DNA of 64,000 nt from NCBI RefSeq assembly GCF_009914755.1, contig NC_060932.1. The stretch is one strand, 5' to 3'. Under the pieces are notes generated by a model, which did not search any database, was not told the DNA's origin, and saw only the letters and a list, made by a program, of their open reading frames with translations. Within the stretch, counting starts at the first letter, position 1, and every line of letters begins with the position of its first letter. The stretch is from the human T2T-CHM13v2.0 reference genome, Homo sapiens. Positions 46,569-59,100 of the stretch are shown in pieces. Position numbers and translations under genes: made by a program.

Positions 46569-46934
46569 GAAAAAATATTGCTTCTAATCCAACAAAAGGA
46601 TACAGGGCTTTACAAGGTGAGTCACAGGACATCTTTGGAACATCCAGCATGAAGGTAGGAAAAGTTAAAAGTATGAATAAACTCAAGGAGGATTCAGGTA
46701 ATTTTAGAGAGACTATATCTATGCTACTCAGAAGTTTTTAAGTGAAGTAAGGATGTTTAAGAGACCTTGAACACCAGAGTTTCAAAATAATAGCCTTGAG
46801 AGCTCCATGGGCTGTGTGCAGAGGCTCAATCCTGGGCTGCTGGCCCTGGCAGACCAAATGTGGCCTTCTTTTGTGCTCCTTTTCTTGTGTTTTACTTCAC
46901 AGCATGGCTTAGCACCCTAAGCCAGGCACTCTGA

Positions 46935-47304
<370 letters not shown>

Positions 47305-47874
47305 AATATGCAACTTTCAATCAATTCCGTACCCCACTTTCAATCAATTCCTACAGAGATGAACTCATACAGAGCGGGGTGGTTTCTAACTGAAGAATCA
47401 GACTTTGCAGAGACGTTGACGCAGGGTCAGAGTTGCCAAATGAATGCTGTACCCCAGAGGGAAGTGAGCACAGCCTTCCCTTACAGGGAGTAGGGTGGGC
47501 CTGATGCTGAAAGACAGGGAGCCTATGGAAGTTTCCTTGGGGTAGGGCAGGGACGTGAATAAGTCTGAGTCTGCAACAATGAAAATATTCTAAATCTTAT
47601 CAAACACTGAAATAAAATCAGTTCCTAATATTTACTTTTTGTTGTTGGAATTCCTAAAAGTCTTTAGCCATCATGGAAGAATTAAAACAACATATTAAAT
47701 GGAGCTAATAAAGATGACCTTTTTTCCCTTTCAATAATTTGTGTTAGTGCTATCATTACAATACATTTTTAAATGGAAGAAAAAGCCCAGCCATCTTTCC
47801 CCTATAAAATCCTAGATGTTTTGACTGTAAGAAGATTTATATATCTATCGTAGATTAAAGTAGAAAAGCTTTTT

Positions 47875-47995
47875 GAAACCTCAGATTCCAGAGCTCTATT
47901 TCTGGGGATTCTAACTTAATTAGCCTAGGTAGGAGCTTGGGAATGTGCAGCTATTATCTCCAGGGTTCCCTGGTGATTGGTTTAGTTCAGAAACT
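47875..47995. mobile_element. MER5-like hAT MITE remnant
   Basis: 'cagattccagag...gattctaacttaattagcctaggtaggagcttgggaatgtgca...tccctggtgatt'. Confidence 0.5.
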
Positions 47996-48672
47996 TCTGA
48001 TCTTGTCCAACCCCTTTATAGACAGAAGAATAAACCCAAGGACCCAAAGAGCTCAAAACTTTCAGTTCCTCTTTGGATCATTTTTGTAAAGAGACAGGCA
48101 TTTTGAAGTCACATTTTATTTACCATTTTGTTTGTTTGCTTTTAGCAGTGGTCAAAAATGAGAAGAATATATTTTAAAGACCAAAATACAGAGTCGTCTT
48201 ACGTAAGCACAGATGCTACCAATATGGTTCATCCATCTAATAGATCATTTGTGTGTATGTACTCATGTTGACTCATTTTATTATTTTCCAAGAAACTAGT
48301 TCAACCAAACGGAATAGTGAACAGCTTCCAGCTATCTTAGTGTTGACTTAATTTTAATGCTTTTATTAAAATTCATTGCCATTTTCTTACTTAGCCTTCT
48401 CCTTTCTATAGCACTTTGCAAAAAATTGGGGGGAGAATTACATGAATGTGAATTAGCAGATATGTGGGAATATTTCATAAATCTTACTTTCCTGAAGCTT
48501 CTGTTACTAGGTCCTCTTGGAATATGGCACACTCTATGTGTTAATTTATTAATTTTTCATTTCAATCCAGAAAGGAGTTAAGGAAGTCAAAGATTTCACT
48601 GATTACTTTTAGTGGTGTTCCAAGCAATGAAATCAATTTTTTACTAGATTCTTAGATTTCATATATCCATTA

Positions 48673-48698
48673 TGTGTGTGTGTGTGTGTGTGTGTGTG
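48673..48698. repeat. (TG)n microsatellite
   Basis: ~13 TG units. Confidence 0.92.
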
Positions 48699-49684
48699 TT
48701 TATATATCTGTTGACTCTATACCAAGGTAATCAGTGAAAAGGAGTGCCAGACCCCAGGCAAAACACTAAGACTAACTAGGATGATTTTACAGAAAACAAA
48801 GAGGAATTGTTCCTTACAACAGAACAGAGAAACAAAATGCACATTTTAGACAGAATCACCAAGGAAACAGTACAAAAAGGAGAAGCAGCTTTAGTATACC
48901 AACAAATCTGAAAAACGAATTTAGATATAAAATCAAATTTGCCACCTTAGTCCCGCTGCAGTCATCTGGTCACTCCAGGGATATCCTAGAAACCCTCTGG
49001 GTAATCACTTGCAAAATGTGCAATGTAATTGGTGGTGTATATAAACCAAATGAGGAACGAATGAGCCTGAAAATATATTGGTTCTACACATCCTCTCCTT
49101 TGGTTTCAGGAGTCTTGGGCTTGTGCCTTTAGGGATATATTAGTCAGGGTTTTTCAGAGCAACAGAACCAATAGAATGTGTGTGTGAGAAAGAATAAAAT
49201 ATCTAAGAATACAGTTAACCAAGGAGGTAGAAGTTCTCTGCAATGAGAATAACAAAACACTGCTCAAAGGAATCGGAGAAGACACACAAAAAATGAAAAA
49301 ACGTCCATACTCATAGATAGAAAGAATCAATATCATTAAAATGGCTATACTGCTGAAAGCAGTTTACAGATTCAGTGCTATTCCTATTAAACTAACAGTG
49401 ACATTCCTCACAGAACTAGAAAAAACTATTTTAAAATTTATATGGAATCCCCCAACAAAAAAAGCCCAAATAGCCAAAGCAATCCTAAACAAAAAGAACA
49501 AGGCTGGAGGCATCACGTTACCTGACTTCAAACTATGCTATAAAGCTACAGTAACCAAAACAGCATGGTACTGGTCCAAAAACAGGCACATAGACCAATG
49601 GAACAGAATAAAGAGCCCAGAAATCAGGTCACGCACCTACACCTATCTGATCTCCAACAAAGCTGACAAAAACAAGCAATGGGG

Positions 49685-50344
49685 CCCGGCCAGCCACCCT
49701 GTCCGGGAGGTGGGGGGCAGCCCCCGCCCGGCCAGCAGCCCCTTCTGGGAGGTGGGGGGCGCCTCTGCCCGGCCACCCCATCTGGGAAGTGGGGAGCCCC
49801 TCTGCCCAGCCGCCACCCCGTCTGGGAGGTGTACCCAGCAGCTCATTGAGAACGGGCCATGATGACGATGGCGGTTTTGTCGAGTAGAAAGAGGGGAAAT
49901 GTGGGGAGAAGATAGAGAGATCGGATTGTTGCTGTGTCTGTGTGGAAAGAGGTGGACGTGGGAGACTCCATTTTGTTCTGTACTAAGAAAAATTCTTCTG
50001 CCTTGGGATGCTGTTAATCTATAACCTTACCCCCAACCCCGTGCTCTCTGAAACATGTGCTGTGTCCACTAAGGGTTAAATGGATTAAGGGCGGTGCAAG
50101 ATGTGCTTTGTTAAACAGATGCTTAAAGGCAGCATCTGTCATCACCACTCCCTAATCTCAAGTACCCAGGGACACAAACACTGCGGAAGGCGGCAGGGCC
50201 CTCTGCCTAGGAAAACCAGAGACCTTTGTTCACATGTTTATCTGCTGACCTTCCCTCCGCTATTGTCCTATGACCCTGCCAAATCCCCCTCTCCGAGAAA
50301 CACCCAAGAATGATCAATAAATACTAAAAAAATTTTAAAAAAAA
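49685..50344 (+). mobile_element. 5'-truncated SVA (old SVA_A/B-like): VNTR end, SINE-R and polyA
   Basis: VNTR units (ccggccagcc...tccgggaggtggggggc), 'agctcattgagaacgggccatgatgac', LTR5-derived SINE-R ending 'cccaagaatgatcaataaatact' plus A-rich tail. Confidence 0.96.
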
Positions 50345-50523
50345 TAATGGATATTATGCAGTGGTATAACCAGGTAAAATTCCCTAAAACTGACAGAGAT
50401 CTCCCCTGGAATATTCCATTATTCCAGAGACTTCTCACATAATTCCAATCTTAACTGAAGATTATGGAAAATAAACGTGTTTATTTTGATGTCAATAAAA
50501 GGTTTTATGACTCAAAAAAAAAA
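50345..50523 (+). other. SVA 3' transduction (~170 bp non-repeat DNA plus second polyA tail)
   Basis: Lies between the SVA polyA and a second A tail starting at 50514; AATAAA at 50470-50475 and 50494-50499; enclosed by TSD aaa(a/c)acaagcaatgggg at 49668-49684 and 50524-50540. Confidence 0.88.
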
Positions 50524-52679
50524 AAACACAAGCAATGGGGAAAAGACTTCCTATTCAACAAATGGTGCTGGGATAACTGGCTAGCCATATGCAGAAGATA
50601 AAAGCTGGACCCTTTTCTTACATCATATACAAAAACCAACTCAAGATGGATTAAAGACTTCAATGTAAAACCCCAAACTATAAAAATCCTGGAAGACAAC
50701 CCAGGCAATATCATCCTGGACATAGGAATGGGCAAACATTTCGTAAGAAAGACACCAAAAGCAATTGCAACAAAAGAAAAAAATTGACAAATGGGATCTA
50801 ATTAAACTAAGGAGCTTCTGCACATCTAAAGAAACTGTCAATAAACAGGCAACCTACAGAATGGGAGAAAATATTTGCAAACTATGCATCTGACAAAGAT
50901 CTAACGTCCAGCATCTATAAGGAACTTAAGCAAATTTACAAGAGAAAAAAAACCCCATTAAAAAGTAGGCAAAGGACATGAACAGACCCACTTTTCAAAA
51001 GAAGACATACATGTGGCCAAGAATCATATGAAAAAAGTTCAATATCACTGATCATTAGGTAAATGCAAATCAAAACCACAATGAGATACCACTTATATCA
51101 GTCAGAATGGCTATTATTAAAAAGTCAAAAAAATAACAGATGCTGGCAAGGTTGTGGAGAAAAGGGATCACTTATGCACTGTTGGTGAATTAGTTCAACC
51201 ATTATGAAAAGCGGTATGGTGAGTTTTCAAAGAGCTAAAAGCAGAACTACCATTCAACCCAATAATACCATTACTGAGTATATACTCGGAGGAGTATAAA
51301 TCATTCTACCATAAAGATACATGCATGTGAATGTTCATTGCAGCACAAATCACAATAATAACAAACACATGGAATCAACTTAGATGTCCATCAATGACAG
51401 ATTGGATGAAGAAAATGTGGTACATATACATCGTGGTATACTATGCAGCCATAGAAAAGAACAAGAACATGTGTTTTGTGGGGACATGAGTAGAACTGGA
51501 GGCTATTATCATTAGCAAACTAATGCAGGAACAGAAAACCAAATAGTGCAAGTTCACACTTATAAGTGGCAGCTAAATGATGAGAACTCATTAACACAAA
51601 AAGGAAAGCAACAGATACTTGGGTCTACTTAGTGAGGAGGGTGGGAGGAGGGAGAGGAACAGAAAAGATAACTATTGGGTACTGGGCTTAATGCCTGAGT
51701 GATGAAATAATCTGTACAACAAACCCCAGTGACACAAATTAACCTATGTAACAAACTTTTACATGTACCCCAGAACCTAAAGTAAAAGTTTAAAAAAAAG
51801 AATGTGTGTGTGCATGTGTGTGTGTATACAGGGGTGGGGTATTTATTTTAACGAACTGGCTCACACGATTGTGAAGGCTAGCTAACCCAAATACGAATCT
51901 GCAGGCGGGACAGTGGGCTGGAGACCCAGAGAGGAGTTGATGTTGTAGCCTTGAGTCCAAAGGCAGACTGGGGGAGATTTCTTCCCTCCTCGGGAGACAT
52001 CAGTCTTTTCTCATAAAGTCTTCAACTGATTGGATACGGCTCACCCACATTATGGAGAATAGTCTACTTTGCTCAAAGTCTACTGATTAAAATATTAATC
52101 ACATCAGATACCTTCACAGCAACATCCAGACTGGTATTTGACCAAAAGCTGGGTATCATCGACTAGCCAAGTTAGCACGTAAGATTAACCATCATGAGGA
52201 GTATAATTTTTCTTCATGATGGACAGTCACCAAGTGAACAGGGAAAGCACTGGTGTCTTCAGGGTTAGCCTTTGTAGGAAATACAGAATCTGCCTCTCTG
52301 CTCCGTAGGACAAGGATTTGGGCAAAGGGAATGCCCAGGCTGCCCCCATTCTGATCCTGGGCATGGGTTTGGTATCTCTCTCCCTTTGGGAACTATTGGG
52401 GAGAGGGAGAATAAAGCTGACAAGGAGCAGCAGGCCGTGGAAGGAAGATAGAAGTTCAGAGGAAGGCAGGGCATGAGGAAGTGCATGTTTCATTGAGTTT
52501 TTTACCCACTCAGAAGTAAAAGAATGAGATACCATAAAGTTGGCCCATCATTTGGGAAGTCTTTTCCTAATACTTCCTGTGCCTCTAATGTCTTCGGCCA
52601 GGACACTTCTTTTTGAAATGTGGAGCAGCTGCCAACACACTCTAGAGTTGAAGTGTTCCATAACTAAAAGGACTTCTTT

Positions 52680-54137
52680 TTAAAAAAGTTTCTATTACTA
52701 CATAACAATTGTACATATTTATGGGGTACATGTGGTATTTTGATACATGCATATAATGTGTAATGAGCAAATCAGGGTGTTTAGGATATTTATCACCTTG
52801 ATCATTTATCATTTCTTTGTGTTAGGAACATTTCCAATCTTCTCTTCTAGCTATTCTGAAATATACAATATTTTGTTATTAACTGTAGTCATTCTACTGT
52901 GCCAGCAAGCATTAGAACTTAGTTCTTCTATCTAACAGTATGTTTGTTCCAATTAACCTACTTCTCTTCATCTCCACCTCCTTCATGCCTCCTGGCCTCT
53001 GATAACTATCATTTTACTCTCTACCTCCATGAGATCAACTATTTTAGCTCCCACATATGAGTTAGAACATATGATATTTGCCTTTCTGCATCCGGCTTAT
53101 TTCACTTATGACCTCGAGTTCCATCCATGTTGCTGCAAATGACAGGATTATACTCTTTTTTATGGCCGAATAGTATGCTATTGTGTGTTTGTGTGTGTGT
53201 GTGTGTGTGCGTACATATTCCTCATTTTCTTTATCCATCCATTCATTGATGGATCCTTAGGTTGATTCCATATCGCTGCTATTGGTAGCAGTGCTGCAGT
53301 AAACATGGGGGAGCAGGTGTTCCTTTGACATACTGACTTCCTTTCCTTTGGGTATATACCCAGCAGTGGGATTGCTGGATTATATGATAGTTCTATTTTT
53401 AGTTTTTTGAGAATCTTCCATACTGTTTTCCATAATGTCTATGCAAATTAACATTCCCGCCAACAGTGTTTGAGTTCCTTAATCTCCTCAACCTTGCTAG
53501 CATTTGTTATTTTCTTGTCCATTTTATAATAGCCATTGTAACTGAGGTAAGACGCTATCTCATTGTGGTTTTGATTTGTATTTCCCTGATGACTAGTGAC
53601 ATTGAGCCTTTTTTTATATACCTGTTGGCCATTTGTATGGGTCTTTTTTTTTTTTTTTTTTGAGAAATGTCTGTTCATGGCCTTTGCCTACTTTTCAATG
53701 GGAATTCTTTTGCTGTTGAGTTGAGTTTCTTATATATTCTAGATATTACTCTCCTGTCAGATGCATAGTTTGCAAATATTTTCTCCCATTCTGCAGGTTG
53801 TCTCTTCACTCTGTTGACTTTTTCTTTTGCTGTGCTGAAACTTTTTAGTTTAATATAGTACCATTATTTTTGTTGCCTGTGCCTTTGAAGTCATAGCCAT
53901 AAAATCTTTGCCTAGACCAATGTCCTGGAGTGTTTTCCCCAAGATTTCTTCTAGTAGTTTTACAGTTTTGGGTCTCAAAACTTTAAGTCTCTATTACATT
54001 CTGAGTTAATTTGCATGTATCATGAGGAATAGGGATCTAGTTTTACTCTGCTGCTCATGGATATCCAGTTTCCTCAGCACTATTTATTGAAGAAGATGAC
54101 TTTTCCCCAATGTATGTTCTTGGTACCTTTATCAAAA
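52680..54137 (-). mobile_element. L1MA (MA2/3-like) 3' portion
   Basis: 'gtacatatttatggggtacatgtggtattttgatacatgcatataatgtgtaatga', 'tatctcattgtggttttgatttg', antisense ORF2 C-terminus. Confidence 0.92.
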
Positions 54138-54340
54138 GGGGCAAAGTTGAGGACACTGGACATCCAGGAAGAGAAGATAAGTGAATTTTTAAGCGAACAT
54201 TAAGGAACCTCATCATTGTACCAAATCAAACTTCAGATAGCTGTATGGCCAGGGCAAGGCACAATTTATGATGAGTCAGAAAGAGGATCTGTGATTTTCT
54301 TTAATCTTCAATCCGTGTAGTTAGGGGGAAGCAGTTTGTT

Positions 54341-54345
<5 letters not shown>

Positions 54346-54387
<42 letters not shown>
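54346..54387. repeat. (AC)21 microsatellite
   Basis: Uninterrupted AC run. Confidence 0.96.
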
Positions 54388-54389
<2 letters not shown>

Positions 54390-55189
54390 TTTAAAAGAAG
54401 TTTTGGTAAATTGTGTTCTTTCCATCATGGGAAATAAGCAGAATTATGAGATAATCCCCATCCTTTAAGATAATGAAATTTTCCTCTATAAGGCCAAAGC
54501 CTGAACCCAATGCCAAAGCCAAATAAGCCACCAATAAAAAGGCTATGAATTGAGTGAGAAGTGAACATGATTCTTGCCTTCTCTAATCCCAAGAAGACAA
54601 ATAGGGAAGTTGGTGAAGGATGGACTATAAACAAACAAACGAAAACAATCACTGAAGCAGCAAGCCTGTCCTTCTAGGAGAATTCCCATTTCTGCCTTCC
54701 CAAAAGAGTGTCTCCAAAGGGCAGCAAGCATTATCTCCACTAAATTAAGCATTTGCCTCCCATTTGGGCTCTGGACTCCACATACCTATCAGTGAGGTGA
54801 GGCCAAGGCAGTGGGATTCATATTTTAGAATGGAATTATCACTCTAAGAGTTGTGCAATCACATTAATTGCCTTGAAAGGCTTCCTAGACATAAACAGGA
54901 AATAGGAGTAGCCTAACTTTAATTTCTGTCTAAATTCTCCTAGCTCCACACTGAGTTTTATGTTCCGATATAAACACGATATTATTTGTTTTCGTGATTA
55001 TTATGGTCTGTAAATCTTTTTAGACCTTTGATTCCTTGATTCCTCATGATCTGGATAAAAGATGGTCTAGAAAGGTATAGAGAAATAAGAAGACAGCAAT
55101 GCTTTGGAAAACAAAGGCTTCGAGAATTCCAGAAGAACTGACAGCCAACTGTGCTGAAAGCTGCAGAACCACACAGAAGATGATCAGCA

Positions 55190-56110
55190 TTCACTTACCT
55201 GTTGTTTAATGACAGCATATTATATGTGGTATATGGTGCTGGATGCCAGGAATACAAAGAAAATCGAAAAGATACCTTACCTTCACATAACTCTCAATCT
55301 GGTGTGAGAGAGAGACATGTCAATAGTTTAAGTGCATGAGATAAATGGCTTGTTATAATTATGCGCTGTGGTAGAAGTGAAGAAGAGGCAAGAAGAACAG
55401 GAATAATGAAAAGTTTTGCGGATAAAGTAATACTGAGCGATGCCTTGATAAGGAATTTCCATGCAGAAAAGGGATGTATGGGCATTACAGACCAATGAAG
55501 AACATGAGTAAAGAAGTGAAACCACAAGACTGTGGTGCTCGTGGAAGGATAAAGTATGGCTCAATAATATGGATGCACAGAGGAGAAATATCCAGAAGAG
55601 CACAGATCACAAAAGGGCCACGTGTATATGCTACACAGAAGAATTTGAATTCAACTGCAGGGAGTAAAGCACCATTGAAAACATTTTAAGCCAGAATGTG
55701 AATGGCCAGTTTCCCATTTTAGAAAGATCTCCTAAGTGATACAAGAAGATGGATCTGAGTAAAGGAATAGCTAGTGTGAATTCCATTTGCCTACTACAAA
55801 GGTCCAAGTGAGACACAATGAAACAATAGCTAAGACAATGATGGTGAAATGGACAGAAGGGATAGATTAAGAACATCTTTTGAAGGTTGCAATGGATTTT
55901 AGTGACCAATTTATTGTAAGAGATGGAAGAGATAGAGGAGTTGAGAATGACCACTTTTTGATTTGGATCAATGAGAAGAGAGCAAAGGCAATGTTATTAA
56001 TTGTTTTGAGGCCTATGAGAAAACCAGTAGACTCAGGGAAGGCGGACATGATGAGTTCAGTTTTGTATGTAACAAAAATATTACCACTGGATTTCTTGAT
56101 TGTGAAGTGC
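55190..56110 (+). mobile_element. L2 fragment
   Basis: 'atggtgctggatgccaggaatacaaag', 'agcaccattgaaaacattttaagc...cattttagaaagatc', 'atgatgagttcagttttgtatgt'. Confidence 0.65.
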
Positions 56111-59100
56111 ATTTGTGATCAGAGAAGAAACTGAGGGAGAGAAAGAAGAAAAGAGTCTGAGAGACACAGAGAAAAGAGAAACAGAGAATGAACAGGAAAC
56201 TGTGGGAAAGAGGACTGTCTTTCTCTGGTTTATTGCCTATTTTCAGCCTTAAGAAATTTAATTCTTAAGAAAGTTCCTTCCTCATTGTAACTATCTAACG
56301 AATCATAAATCAAATTAAGAAAGAGGAAAGGTAAAGTGGCAATTTTAAAACCCAATTAGGAAGTGGGCTCAATCCCACCAGAAATACTTGCCTGAAACTT
56401 TACACAACTTAAAAGAAATCCAGAGTCTCTATGATATTATCCTTTAAGAGTTACTCTAAGGGAATAAGTCACATAAATGCAATTTGGAGATTTAAAAGAA
56501 TGAACATCTGGCCACCTGGCCATTATTTTATCCCAGTGTTAGTATTAAAAATACAGTGAATAATTTTGTTGTTGTTGTTTTTAATAAATGAAAGGTTGAT
56601 ACAGAAACATTCCCTGGAAGCCAACAAAAGCCACTTGTCTTTGACTTGACATGCTCAGAAGTTGGCCTTCATTTGAATGCAGAAACAACTCAGTTCTCCA
56701 AATGGAGACATACTTGTAATTGTTCTTGGAATAATTTCCAGGATTGAAGAAGCCCTCTTGAGGAGCAGATGTTCTTAATGAAAGACTTTTGTATCCCTAC
56801 AAAACTTCTTATCCTCCATAGCAGGGGTTTTATCTAAAAAGGAGCATGAAGGCAGAATATAGTAATATGAAAATCAGGCAAAAAAAAAAACCCAAAGTAC
56901 CCATATCAACAAAATTATATTCACACTATGGAAATCCTAGGGAAGGTAGGCATATAAAACATCATCTGCTATGGTGCAGTTAGACTCTTTTTCATCAAAA
57001 TTTTCTTAGGGTTCCGTGGGATTGATTTGATTCAATTAATCTCACTAAGATACTACCCTAGAAAGAGATGGCTATCCAATTCTTTCACAGGCAAGTAAAT
57101 GAATTTAGTGAATGCTTTCATTTTCTTATGTTGGGTTAAGCACAGAGAATCCAGGTAGATATTTGAAATGTGGTACACAGTTTGTAGGTTGTAGAGTCCA
57201 GTGTTAAAGGGCAGGACAAAGGTTTATCTGGGTTAAAACAGCAAAAACAACAGGTGGCAGGATTTGTAAGCCTTTCTCCCTGCTTGGTCACTAGCAATTT
57301 GCTGTACATCTCTGGGGCCAGAGCTTCCTGCTGATTTGACAGGATAGCAGGAAAAGCTGAAGAAAAGAGAAGCCTGTGCTGCTTCCTTTGTGGGTCTCTG
57401 GTGAGAATGTGAGCCTAGTGAGGGCAGGAATTATGCCCTCAGTTTAAATGCCTGGTGCCCAGTGTACCATGGAGTTGGGTGCAGCATACCTAAGAGACAG
57501 CGAGCTGCAAGAGGAGAATGGCTTACAGTTTTATTCCACCTCAGCTTGGTTTTTGGTAAAACATGTGGATATTATTGGAATGACTAAGTGGATGTACCTA
57601 TCAATCGCACATTCTATAGTGAAGACTTGTAGATTCGTCTAGGGAGAAAACTACTAGTAGGGAACAGGAACAAGAAAATAGTTCCCCCCCCGCCCCCCTT
57701 CAAACTCCTGGCTGATTCATATTGTCCTTTAAAAATAAAATTCAAGGCAACGTTTTCAAATTCCAAAGTCCATCTTTCTGTGTTTGCCCTCCTTATAAAG
57801 GAAGCTAACCAGCTGGTTGAAAGTATCAGGCTATGAGTCAATTAACTAATCAGCTTTTCTGATTGCTCTGAATTGGGTGGGTATCCACTGCTGTTGGACA
57901 GAAGGAATGGCATGTGGTGTGTAGACAAACACTTCTGGGTGATAAGAGCCTCACAATTAAGCCCATGAGTGATCAGGAACAGATGTTTCCTTCAGGCAAC
58001 TGCTCTCTTCCGGAATGATACTTGGATTTAGTGTATCCAGGCACAGTGTGCTGTCACCTTGGCAGCACCTTGCAGCACACGGCCACACGTGACCTACCTG
58101 TCCAGACAAGAGCCCCATCTGGCACCTTCTTGTCTTTCCTTTGGTGGGCTCGCCTGCTGCTGCGGCAATGCTCACTTTTGTCACTGAGTAATTTGAGATG
58201 AACCACCTCATGAAAACTTGCTGGAAGCCTTGAAGGAAAGATGCCAACACACTCCTCCTCTTTCTTACTGGCACTCTTGCCAGTTGTTCTTTTCATGCCT
58301 GAACCAGGCACATCATGGACCATTCCTGTTATTCTTACTCATGTTCAAATCACTCACCTTATTTATGCATGATAACAAAAATGGCAGAAGCAACTGATTC
58401 TCCCTGTTTGTAACCTTTTTTCCTTAGCGTTTTTCTCTTGTGGCTCCTGGAGTTTCATTCCTTGACCAGTTGAGGGATCTGTTGGCCTTCCATCACTCTG
58501 GTACATGATAGGCTATAAATATTTGGTGTGTGCAACACAACTGAATGGCACTTGAGCTTTCATGATTACAGCACACAATTACCTCCTGCTGGCATTTTTC
58601 TTATTACATCTCTAATTTCCAGCCTTCAATTTTAGGTGGTTGTGAAACAGTAGTGGTCCCTGCAGCAACCAGAGTTTTGTTGCACTCAACCGATTGAGTG
58701 AGCCTTATAAATGGATCCCTATCAGTTTCAGAAACCTATCATTTCCTCCTGATTTATGAAAGAGAAAGAAAGACAGAGAAGCTTTAGATTTTCCTTGGTT
58801 CCAAAATGTCATGCTCAGGTTCCCCAAGGAATGTAAACATTCCTTACTGACTCCCTTAGTGATGACAGGATTATGACTTAGGATGAAGCTTCTTCCCACA
58901 CCCTGTCATTACCTACCAAGGCTTCTGTGATGCGAATCAGAGCTGTGGGGCGCAGAGCTCCTGCCTGGTGTAGTAAATTTACTACTCATAGAGAAACTCC
59001 CCTTGTTCTCATTTCTTTATTCCCTCTCTCCCTTTCTGTTTGCAAAGCTAAAATTGTGAGCGGATTGGGACCAAGATATCACCTTAACTCTAAGTCATAG

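Larger units (their letters stand above)
49187..51798 (+). mobile_element. 5'-truncated L1PA15/16-like element, interrupted by an SVA
   Basis: ORF2 peptides ([17 protein letters not shown]...[12 protein letters not shown]...[15 protein letters not shown]); 3'UTR 'aagataactattgggtactgggcttaa'; TSD agaatgtgtgtgtg at 49173-49186 and 51799-51812. Confidence 0.94.
49136..52194. mobile_element. MLT2 (ERVL) LTR split by an L1 (pieces 49136-49186 and 51799-52194)
   Basis: 'tattagtcagggtttttcagagcaacagaaccaatag' then, after the L1, 'gaactggctcacacgattgtgaagg...aagtctactgattaaaatattaatcacatc...aagattaaccatca'. Confidence 0.88.

Noticed and set aside
49341-49862. 173-aa L1 ORF2-SVA chimeric ORF
   Set aside because: Chance in-frame read-through from a truncated L1 into the GC-rich SVA VNTR; no promoter or expression evidence
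49685-49880. GC-rich patch as CpG island or promoter
   Set aside because: It is the SVA VNTR and only ~200 bp long
56248-56269. Inverted repeat cttaagaa...ttcttaag
   Set aside because: 8-bp AT-rich stem expected by chance in AT-rich DNA
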